Of a stretch of DNA of 14,940 nucleotides, positions 1 to 8,200 are shown one piece after another. The notes under the pieces were generated by a model. It was not told the origin of the DNA, did no database searches, and saw only the letters and a program-made list of their open reading frames with translations. Source of the DNA: an uncultured Thermococci archaeon. Lineage in GTDB: Archaea; CAYQAE01; CAYVLA01. The translations under genes were made by a program, and so were the position numbers. The stretch lies in the NCBI GenBank assembly GCA_964549615.1, contig CAZJVP010000077.1, positions 1 through 14,940 on the forward strand, given 5' to 3'. Numbering within the stretch: position 1 is the first letter of the stretch; each line of letters opens with the position of its first letter.

Positions 1-149
1 CCAAACGGTCTGCTGACAATGTCCCCCTCCCTCTTGAAACTCATCCCACACGCGTAGCAGATCAGAAGCTCCCCGGCCAAAAGCGTCGGGGCCTCGCACT
101 TGGGGCAATCTATGGCCAACCCCGGAGCGAAGGCGTGCACCAGCACCAA
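1..149 (-). CDS. Small zinc-ribbon protein (partial, runs off the left edge)
   Basis: Not in the ORF track. Manual minus-strand translation from TTG149 (or GTG146) gives MVLVHAFAPGLAIDCPKCEAPTLLAGELLICYACGMSFKRRGDIVSRPF..., with CxxC-x12-CxxC and no stop before position 1. An SD-like GGCGGTGA lies just upstream. Confidence 0.6.
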   Translation of the reverse strand, partial: MVLVHAFAPGLAIDCPKCEAPTLLAGELLICYACGMSFKREGDIVSRPF

Positions 150-239
150 CTCACCGCCCCGTTTCCACCAAACGAACCACCGATGATCCCCTCGGGGAAT
201 GCTCCGCAAGCAGGTCCCGGAAGCGCCAGACCCGCGTTC

Positions 240-247
240 CTTATAAG
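240..247. promoter_or_regulatory. Palindromic TATA-like box CTTATAAG, possibly bidirectional
   Basis: AT-rich palindrome in a GC-rich background. It lies upstream of the minus-strand zinc-ribbon ORF and 20 nt before the plus-strand stem that starts at 268. Confidence 0.55.
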
Positions 248-267
248 TTGTTGTGCGGCAGGCTGCA

Positions 268-427
268 GGATGACCGCAGGGATGAGGAACCGTTCATCGA
301 TCCGCCATCTGGTCTAGGCTTACATCCTTCGCCGCGCGGCCGCTTCCCGTCACGCTCTCCAGCGGAACCCCAACGACGCTCATCCGCGCGGGTCCGCTAA
401 TCGACGTTGATCTCTTTGCGGTCATCC
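268..427 (+). ncRNA. Candidate rod-like structured RNA (or small inverted-repeat element), family unknown
   Basis: Nested pairings read by eye: 268-282/413-427 (15 bp, 11 consecutive Watson-Crick, 2 G-U on +), 297-301/400-404, 332-339/384-391 (CCGCGCGG twice), 348-351/375-378, and hairpin 353-364. No credible CDS overlaps it. Confidence 0.35.
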
Positions 428-564
428 ACCAACGAGGCCCTGAAGAAGGCCATGCAAGTTGGCTAACTTGGCCGAATGGAGTCCATCGCCGCGGTGACCG
501 GGGCGAAGCCCCTCGACCACTGCCATGGAACCACTCCCCAGCGTTGCCACGGAACCAGACGGAC

Positions 565-1302
565 CTAGGGGACGAGCCTGTAGTAGACTCTTCGGTTGTT
601 CTTCCCCTTGTTCTCCGCCTTCAGGAACTCGATCCTGCCGACCTCTCTGAGGTTTCTCACGTGGCACCCGCCGTCCGCCTGTCTGTCCACGCCCTCTATC
701 TCCACGATCCGAAGCCTATTCACCGCGGGCGGCAGGGCGGCGGCGAGCTTGACGACGCCCTCGATCTTCATCGCCTCGTCTCGCGGAAGTTCGTACCACT
801 TGACCGGTATATCCTTCTGGAAGAGCTCGTTCGCCCTGTCGATGAACGTCATGAAGATCTGCCGATCGAAGGATTCGAGGTCGAAGTCGAACCTCGTCCT
901 GTCCACCCCAACCTCGTTGCCTGTGACCAGCGCGCCTGTCTCCTTGCACAGAATCGAGATCAGCACATGGGCGGCCGTGTGGCTGCGCATCAACTTGTAA
1001 CGTCTATCCCAGTTTAGAACGCAGCGCACCCGGTCGCCTGGACTCAGTCCCTGGGCATCCACCTCGTGCGATATCTGCCCCGCGAACTTGCCCACATAGA
1101 CGACATTGAACCGCTCCTGCCCCCTGATCACGACGCCGGTGTCGTGGAGGACGCCACCACCCATCGGGTAGAAAGGAGTCTGGTCTAGGACAACGTACTT
1201 TCCGTCCTTCACCGAGATGACGGTGGAATCGCACTCCCTCAGATACGGGTCATCAAGGTAGAGTGCCTTGGACGTCGCAGCTTGTTCGTCGGGCAACTTC
1301 AT
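565..1302 (-). CDS. alaX: Alanyl-tRNA editing protein AlaX (AlaX-M type)
   Basis: 245 aa with LYLDDPYL, the Gly-rich DQTPFYPMGGG..HDTG motif, zinc ligands RSHTAAH and QADGGCHV, and the C-terminal NKGKNNRRVY typical of AlaX-M. Confidence 0.93.
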   Translation of the reverse strand: MKLPDEQAATSKALYLDDPYLRECDSTVISVKDGKYVVLDQTPFYPMGGGVLHDTGVVIRGQERFNVVYVGKFAGQISHEVDAQGLSPGDRVRCVLNWDRRYKLMRSHTAAHVLISILCKETGALVTGNEVGVDRTRFDFDLESFDRQIFMTFIDRANELFQKDIPVKWYELPRDEAMKIEGVVKLAAALPPAVNRLRIVEIEGVDRQADGGCHVRNLREVGRIEFLKAENKGKNNRRVYYRLVP

Positions 1303-1331
1303 CCTCCGGCCATCCGATCAGTGAAGACGAG

Positions 1332-1344
1332 ATATAGATTTTCG
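1332..1344 (-). promoter_or_regulatory. BRE/TATA-like promoter of alaX
   Basis: Minus strand reads CGAAAATCTATAT about 30 nt upstream of ATG1302; GGAGG directly precedes the ATG. Confidence 0.5.
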
Positions 1345-1400
1345 CCGCCCTGCCGACTCCCGTCCCTTGATCTGACTCGACCCTCCCAGCACGCCAAAGA

Positions 1401-2879
1401 CTACGTCCCGCCACAGATGCAGGCCTCTAGCCTCGCATGGCATCTGGGGCAGGTCGGGACGTTATCCCCGCACGGGTAACCCTTCGCCTCGCCCGGCCCG
1501 AGCATGGCGAACGAGGCGGAAAGCCTCTTGCCACCCACCTCCACATCGACTCGGATGGTGTTCCTGTCCGCGACTTTCCGCCCCCTCAACCTGAAGCGAT
1601 GCTGTCCGCGAAGCTCGCCCAACGCCTCCGCCCGCCAACCCGAAGGGAGCCGAAGCCGGATGACGGCCGGTTGAGGCAGATGGCCACCCGTTACGGACAC
1701 GCCCACGACCTTGTCGATTCCCGGCAGGAGCACGGGATCTCCCCCGTAGTGCAGTGCAACCTCCAGATCGTCGGCGTACGCGATCGCAGACATTGGGTCC
1801 CTGCTTAGGGCGAGGGCCGCCTTCTCGTTGCGCATGAGCAAGGATAGTATGTCCTTCGGCACGGAGGTTGTTTTCCCGAAACGGACGCTGTCGGACCTTT
1901 CGGAGACCATGGTTCGTGCCACACTTGCGACCTGCTCGGTGAGGTCCGCCACGGTCGCCGGGGCTTCGAGGTTTCTGGTGAACTTGTGCAACACGATGCG
2001 GTCCCCGACCGGATCCCTCCATTCCTTCGGGATGCCCGCCGTGCCGCCCAGTATCCCGAGCAAGGACCCAAGCGTTGCACCCGTGCAATCGGTGTCGTAA
2101 CCGCAGTTGACGGCCTTGCAGATGCTGTCCCCATAGTCGCGCCCGTACAGCCAGCCGATCACGGTGAACCCGTGATTCTGCGGTGCATGGCACGGCTGCT
2201 GGTGACCGAAGCACCGCAGCACCCTCTCCCGGGCCTGCGCCCATGGGACGCCGTTGTCGTGGCACCAGAGGGCCTCCCTGACGACGCGGGATATCCGGGA
2301 CCAGATCGGAATCATTGCCAGCCCGACGCGGATGAGCGCCCGGGCATCCGAAATCACGAAGGCAGCGCTCTCCACCGCGCTCCAGAACATCTCCCCGTAT
2401 GTTCCCTCGCCGCCAGCGTGGTCCAGAGCCGAGTCCATCCACGCAAGCTCGGCGGCAAGCTGCGGGTCGCCCGGGGCAACGCAGGCCCAGATCTCGCTTC
2501 TGATCGGGGATCCCATCTCGTCGATGAAGTAGTTCTCAAAACACCCCGAGATGGGCGGGCGGAGCCCTCGATCGAGGTTCCGCCGGCAGAAACCATACTC
2601 GTTCCAAGGGTAGGAAGACAGGTGGCGGATCCAGTAGTCGACGAAGTCAGAAAGCTTGGGCCTGACCCCTCTGTCCTGAAGCATCTTCAGCCAAACCAAC
2701 TGAAAATCCAGGTCGTCATTTGGGGCCGAGCCATCCGGCACCGGTTCGTAGTAGGTGAGCGAATGGATCTCCTTCCTGCCCTCGTACGGCGCCCCCAAGG
2801 TGCCGCCGATGTTCTTCCCCAGCCAACAGGCGTAAACCTTGTCCTTGTACTCGGACTCGGAAAGCGTGAGAGTGGACAT
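1401..2879 (-). CDS. ADP-ribosylglycohydrolase (ARH/DraG-fold) family protein with C-terminal extension and Cys-rich tail
   Basis: Motifs GKNIGGTLG, NDDLD, IRSEIWA and GYDTDCTGATLGSLLG match the ARH family. Start moved from 2918 to ATG2879 (492 aa) because TTTTTATT lies 22 nt upstream, a leaderless geometry. Confidence 0.88.
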   Translation of the reverse strand: MSTLTLSESEYKDKVYACWLGKNIGGTLGAPYEGRKEIHSLTYYEPVPDGSAPNDDLDFQLVWLKMLQDRGVRPKLSDFVDYWIRHLSSYPWNEYGFCRRNLDRGLRPPISGCFENYFIDEMGSPIRSEIWACVAPGDPQLAAELAWMDSALDHAGGEGTYGEMFWSAVESAAFVISDARALIRVGLAMIPIWSRISRVVREALWCHDNGVPWAQARERVLRCFGHQQPCHAPQNHGFTVIGWLYGRDYGDSICKAVNCGYDTDCTGATLGSLLGILGGTAGIPKEWRDPVGDRIVLHKFTRNLEAPATVADLTEQVASVARTMVSERSDSVRFGKTTSVPKDILSLLMRNEKAALALSRDPMSAIAYADDLEVALHYGGDPVLLPGIDKVVGVSVTGGHLPQPAVIRLRLPSGWRAEALGELRGQHRFRLRGRKVADRNTIRVDVEVGGKRLSASFAMLGPGEAKGYPCGDNVPTCPRCHARLEACICGGT

Positions 2880-2901
2880 GCCTGGGGCTGGCGCCCCCTG
2901 C

Positions 2902-2909
2902 AATAAAAA
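2902..2909 (-). promoter_or_regulatory. TATA-like box, leaderless promoter of the ARH gene
   Basis: Minus strand TTTTTATT ends 22 nt before ATG2879. Confidence 0.5.
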
Positions 2910-2972
2910 GTGCACCATCTGGCCCCTCTCCCGGCCCTTGGACCAACGAGCCGCACGAGCGATCCGTGCCGA

Positions 2973-4202
2973 TCAACGCAGCGTCAGTCTCGTGACCCTG
3001 ACAGGCCGGTAGACCTTCTTCCTGATCATCAGCGTCCAGACAGTAAGCCCCGCGACTATCGCAGCCGAGGTGACGACAAGCCATTCGGAGATGAAGACCC
3101 AGAAAAGCGCCTGATCCTTCAGGTGCACCGCGAGCGCCGTGATCTCCTTCATCTGGGACGAGATGGCCGACATGGTGGAGATCACGCTATCGTATTCCTG
3201 ATCGAGGTACTGCTCGTGCGCGGCCGCGGCCTGGGAATCCAGCTCGCCCAACCTGTTGGACAGCGGGAGGGTGTTGGCCCCGAACTTGTCGGCCCATTCC
3301 ATCATCGATAGCACGAGCAACTTCTCGGATCGGAACGTCGCGATGCTGACCCGGGCGGAGCGCCTCGACAGGATGTCGGTGAGCAGCGGCCTGCCCAGAG
3401 AGTAGAGTATCACGTTGGTCATCAGATCCAACGCGTAGGGGTTCGCTCCTCTTGCCTCCGAGATCGTTCCCCACCAGTAGTAGTTGAACTCGTCGGCAAA
3501 CACCCACGCAAGCCCGGCCTCCTTGCCCCCCGGCCTCCAGGACACCACCCAAGGCAGGTTCTGGGGTTGCATGTCGGCCCAGGTCAAACTCCCTTCCCGC
3601 GGCCACATGATCCCATAGGCTTCGCCCGGAACCCTCTCAACCCCCAGCTGTATGAATGGGGTGAAGACCGGGTCCCTGTCCCTACGGAAGACCGCGCGCC
3701 ACGGCTGGTGGAAGTAGCCCTTGTAATCGGATATGGGCAGCACGTCGTTTAGGATCGAAGGTTGGATGACCTGGCCGTAGGCCGGACCAAAGCTCCAGTA
3801 GGAGGGCATCCCGCCCTGCGTGAAGGCATAGTAAAGGTCCCCGAACTGGGTTGCCGTGAAGTGATCGATGTAAGGGTCGGCGAAGAAAACCATATCGAAC
3901 TTCTCCAACAAGACCTTCCTTGAGCGCGGAAAGTAAAGCCGGTCCAGCCTGATCCTTTCCTGAAGCGACAATCCGGCCTGGTGGGGGTCCTGCTCCCAGG
4001 TGAACAAGGGGTCTTCGGTGAAGAAGTTCGGCAGCGGACAGATGCCCGCCTGGACCGAACCTATCAGGAAACACGAGATACGCCTTGTGTCCTGAGCAGA
4101 ACAGCTCGTTGAGGCGACGAGCACCGCTACGACAAGTATCACCGCGCCCCCTGGACGCCGCGGCCCGCCTGCTCCGCCTCTCAACCATGCCAACCCGCGC
4201 AC
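2973..4202 (-). CDS. Exported hypothetical protein with C-terminal transmembrane anchor (possibly class I glutamine amidotransferase-like fold)
   Basis: 409 aa. N-terminal signal-like stretch VILVVAVLVASTSCSA, a globular domain, a helical stalk (LSNRLGELDSQAAAA...), a TM helix ALFWVFISEWLVVTSAAIVAGLTVWTLM and a basic tail RKKVYRPVR. The fold guess is weak and the start is uncertain. Confidence 0.75.
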   Translation of the reverse strand: MRGLAWLRGGAGGPRRPGGAVILVVAVLVASTSCSAQDTRRISCFLIGSVQAGICPLPNFFTEDPLFTWEQDPHQAGLSLQERIRLDRLYFPRSRKVLLEKFDMVFFADPYIDHFTATQFGDLYYAFTQGGMPSYWSFGPAYGQVIQPSILNDVLPISDYKGYFHQPWRAVFRRDRDPVFTPFIQLGVERVPGEAYGIMWPREGSLTWADMQPQNLPWVVSWRPGGKEAGLAWVFADEFNYYWWGTISEARGANPYALDLMTNVILYSLGRPLLTDILSRRSARVSIATFRSEKLLVLSMMEWADKFGANTLPLSNRLGELDSQAAAAHEQYLDQEYDSVISTMSAISSQMKEITALAVHLKDQALFWVFISEWLVVTSAAIVAGLTVWTLMIRKKVYRPVRVTRLTLR

Positions 4203-4232
4203 CCCGATACATCAATGAATCGACATTCCCAT

Positions 4233-4350
4233 CTTAAGAATGCAAGCCCTACCCGTTCGGTTCTTGGCGCCCAAGCCGCACCGGCTGCGCTTGTCCCCCA
4301 GGTCGAACGCTCCGACGCCCCTATGTCTGCCAGTCCCTTCCATTTATAAC
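4233..4350. promoter_or_regulatory. Divergent promoter region
   Basis: TTCTTAAG on the minus strand (4240-4233) upstream of GTG4202, and TTTATAAC on the plus strand (4343-4350) upstream of ATG4387, with SD-like GAGGCGGT at 4376-4383. Confidence 0.6.
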
Positions 4351-4386
4351 GAGGGCTTTGTCCCGGCACTCAAGCGAGGCGGTAGC

Positions 4387-5214
4387 ATGCAGCCCGAGGT
4401 ACGTTATCACATGCTCAGGCCGGATCAGATCGTAAAACGCCGAAAGGAATGTCCGGTCGTCTACATCCCGATTGGGAACCTGGAGTGGCATGGCCTCCAC
4501 AACCCCGTCGGGACCGATACCCTGCAGGCGGAAGGGATAGCGATCCTATGCGCGCAGAAGGGCGGAGGACTCGTCTTCCCCCCGCTGTACTACGGTGAGA
4601 GCCGCGTGGAGGGCCTCATGGAGGCAAACGCACAGGACAGAGAACTCATCGCGGAGAAGATGGGCCTTCCTCCTGAGAACTTTTCGCCCGACAGGCAGCC
4701 ATTCTCGGCCACAGAGCAGGTACTGAACTATCAAAGGCTCCTGTTGCACATCCTCGCAGAAGCGGAGAGCTTGGGCTTCGAGGTCGGGGTGCTGGTCGCG
4801 GGCCACTATCCGCTCATCGATCACGCGCGCTCCGCCGTCGTGCTCTTCAACCAGAGACAGTTCAGCAAGAGGCAGGGAATGCTCGCGTGGGCATTCGTTG
4901 ATTACTTGCTCGTCCGAGACAGGTACGATTGCGCCGGAGACCATGCGGGCGGCTGGGAGACATCCCACATGCTGGCCCTCCACCCTGAGACCGTCGACCT
5001 GAGCGTGCTTCCGAAAAAGGGAGAAAAGCTCATCGGCGCCGGGGGAAAAATTGCACCACAGGACTCCACGCAGGAGTTCGGGCGCGAGACCCTCGAGGCG
5101 GCGGTCGAGATCGCAGTCCGAGAGGTCAAGCACCGCCTCGAACACAAGGAGATGTATCGTGGGCACGGCAACTCCCTCCGAGAGGGCCTGTGGCGCCTCG
5201 ACAACGCTGACTAG
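4387..5214 (+). CDS. Creatininase-family amidohydrolase
   Basis: Metal-binding motifs PIGNLEWHGLHNPVGTD, AGHYP and DHAGGWETS. Start set at ATG4387 (275 aa) because a TATA box and SD lie inside the longer ORF called from 4240. Confidence 0.88.
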   Translation: MQPEVRYHMLRPDQIVKRRKECPVVYIPIGNLEWHGLHNPVGTDTLQAEGIAILCAQKGGGLVFPPLYYGESRVEGLMEANAQDRELIAEKMGLPPENFSPDRQPFSATEQVLNYQRLLLHILAEAESLGFEVGVLVAGHYPLIDHARSAVVLFNQRQFSKRQGMLAWAFVDYLLVRDRYDCAGDHAGGWETSHMLALHPETVDLSVLPKKGEKLIGAGGKIAPQDSTQEFGRETLEAAVEIAVREVKHRLEHKEMYRGHGNSLREGLWRLDNAD

Positions 5215-5260
5215 GAGTAGCCACGCCGCGTGAAAACCTTTCCCGTCCGGTGAATCGGTT

Positions 5261-8200
5261 ATGAGCCTCCTCAAAGAGGCATGGTCGTTGGAACGGGCCG
5301 ATGTCGCGGGCTGCCCGGCTGTGATGACTTGGGGAGGCACCCGCCTGATAGTAGTCGGGACCTCCTCCGGGGACGTCGTCGCGTTGGATGCCCAGGCAGA
5401 ACGACGATGGTGCACGCACATCGGGGGTCGAATCTCAACATGGCCCGTCTTCGACACCGTCCAGGGCCCTGGGCCCAGCCTGCTTGTAGGCAGCGAGGAA
5501 GGCACCGTCGCATGCATCTCGCCCCGCGGGCAGATGCGCTGGCGGGTGGAGCTGGAGGCTGCAATGACCCCTTTCAACAGCATTGCAGCGCTAAGGGGCG
5601 ACACAAATGCTCGAATCGTGGCCACCGACAGGGACGGCCGCGCAACTGGCATCGACGATGGAGGCAACGTCGTCTGGCAGTTCCACACCTACCAGAGGGG
5701 GCTCGGTCCGGCAGCCGTTGGTGATCTCGATGGGGACGGACGCGACGAGATCATCTTCTCGGCCGGCGACGCCCACGTCTACTGCCTCGGATCAGACGGA
5801 TCATTTCGCTGGGCGGTGCGCTGCAAGCGTTCCGCCCAGTACTCCGCACCCGTCTTGGCCGACCTCGGAAGGGGACCCTGCGTCCTTGCCGGCGCCGCCG
5901 ACGACATCGTCCGGTGCATATCCCCGGATGGCAGGGTCCTCTGGGCACAGCGCGGCGTCGGAGCGGGAAGCGTCGAGGTCGGCCTTTCCCTGGGGGACAT
6001 CAACGGGGATGGCTCGGCGGAGCTCGTTTACACCCATGCCGGGCGCGCAATCCAAGCAGTCGATGGAAGGGGCCGGCTGCTCTGGCATGCCGCCTACGGA
6101 GGAGGCGACCAACCCTTCGGCCCGTCGATAGCCGACATCGACGGAGACGGAATGCCTGAGCTCTTGCTCACACAACGAAGGGGACCGATCTTCAGGATGC
6201 TGAACCATGCCGGACAGCTGCTTGAGGAATACGACATTCCGGGCGGGATGGTCGGAGCGCCCATCGTCGCCGACGCGGACAGCGACGGCAGGTTGGAGAT
6301 CCTGGTCGTTGCCCACGAAACGGGAAAACTCACCTGCTACAGGGCCCAAGCGGATCGGGGCGGCAAGGTGTGGTGGCCCTCGAGCCGCGGGGATTTCGAT
6401 GGAAGAGCCAACCGCCTGCTGAGGGTCCCAAGGGTCGTCACACGATACCGTCCGGCACGCAGGGGCCTTATGCCCCGGCGTTCCGAGCCCTCCCGTCTGC
6501 ACCTAGGTTTCAATAGCTTTCGGTATGCCCGGCCCAGGCGATGGAAGCTCGGTCGCCGTCTACCGGTGGAAGTCGTGCTGTGCGGTCCGGACGGAATCGC
6601 ACACCGAACGATCCTCCATACCGCCGCCGACTGCGGAGGATTTGAGATACTGGACGCCGGCAATTACCGCCTGCAGGCATCGATGTGGGACCATCGGAGC
6701 CGCCGGGTGGCGAGAACCTCGGAGACCCTCAGGGTGGGCCTGTTTAAGGATGAGCTGGCAGAGGCGGCTAGGCTGCTCAACAAGCTGGACGGACTGGACG
6801 CCAGGATGCAGGGCTGCCGACCCCTCGCCCCCTCCCGCCGGCTTGCCTGGTCAGATCTAGAGGCAAGGATTTCCACCTACCCCGATTTGCCCAAGAAGGA
6901 CCGTCGCACCATGGTTTGCGAGGTTCATAGAAGCCTGGGTTGCCTAAGACGCGCGGTCCATTGCCGTGTGCTTGCCCAGAAGGTCATGCGAAGCAGTCCT
7001 TCGGCTGCGGCGTTTCTTGCACACGCGCCTGAACACCCCTGGGCACGCTTTGATCCCGAGGCCGATTTCCCCGCCAAGGGTCTGATTCGTCGATTGTCCC
7101 TTCATACGGATCGCGGCGGCCACGACGCGGCCGTGATACAGCTCGCCAACTTGCTTGACCAGCCCATTGACGTTCGCGTCTGGCTCGACCCCCTGACGGG
7201 CAGCGATGGCCGGACGTTTGCAACGCGGGATCGCTTGGTTCTTCGACAGGTGACATGGGTTCCGACCGCATCGGGCGGGATGGCACCAGATGCGCTTCCG
7301 GAGTTGGCAGACGCGGGCCTGATCGCAATACCACCGTCATCCAGCGCAAGGCTGTGGATCGATATCGACGCCGGCGACCTGGAACCCGGCATGTATGCCA
7401 CGTTCCTCCACGCGCGTGCCCTGGTTCCGGCAGATGCGACGCTGGAGGTCCCGGTGGAGTGGGTCATCGCCCCGGTGGCCTTGCCATCCCCAATGCCGCT
7501 CAGGTTCTGCAACTGGGGCTATGTGAACTGCTCGCCTCTCAGGGGAATCGCTGACGAGGCGGTTCGGGACATGCAGAGCCACCACACAAACGTATTTGTG
7601 CTTACCGGCAACTGGCTTCCGACAGTCACATACGATGCGCAGGGGCGGCTCACCGGCGAGCCCGATTGGCAGGACCATGACTGGATCCTGCAACGGCTCC
7701 GCCCCCAGGACATGGTCCTGCTCCTCGGAAGCCCGGTCGTGCCCGAAGAGGGAGCGCCCGGACAGGGCTCGCTCCAGTGGGAGAGGGCATTTGCGACGTT
7801 CCTGCCAAAATGGGTGCGGCATCTGGCCTCAAGGGGTCTCGGCTACGACCGTTGGGCCTTCTACCCCGTCGATGAGCCAGGACTCCTCGGCGGCAAACTG
7901 ATCGACGAGCTGGAGCGCTACGCACGCTACTACAAGAACCTAGATCCAAATGTCCAGGTCTACACCGATCCCTTCAAGGGGATGACGGTTGCGGACATGA
8001 GGAGGGTCCAAGGCCTTGTGGACATCTTCCAGCCGAACTTCGGCACCGTGGTGTGCGAGCCGAGCAGGGAGCGCGTCAACTTCCTCAAGTCCACGGGCAA
8101 GCCGGTTTGGACCTACGAGGCCCTAGGCGGCGTCAAGGACATGGCAAACGTCACTTACTACTGGCAGGTTATCTGGACGGCGTGGGATCTGGGACTGACC

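Noticed and set aside
205-232. Second SRP-like string CAGGTCCCGGAAGCGCCAG
   Set aside because: The 3' side lacks GGRAGCA and cannot form the symmetric loop.
268-427. RNase P RNA (GAGGAA at 284-289, GGCTTA at 317-322)
   Set aside because: The two motifs do not form P4, and their spacing and position relative to the terminal stem are wrong.
135-667. ORF-track calls 135..317 (+) and 422..667 (-)
   Set aside because: They overlap the TATA box or alaX, with no SD or motif.
1462-2906. Long alternative ORFs 1462..2442 (-) and 1986..2906 (+)
   Set aside because: They overlap the ARH gene, have no recognisable motifs, and are expected shadow ORFs in GC-rich DNA.
4546-5688. 380-aa minus-strand ORF
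   Set aside because: Antisense to two well-supported genes, with no motifs or promoter.
5716-6305. Recurring GACGGnGAC-type DNA similarity
   Set aside because: Explained by the protein-level FG-GAP repeats; not a CRISPR array or DNA repeat element.
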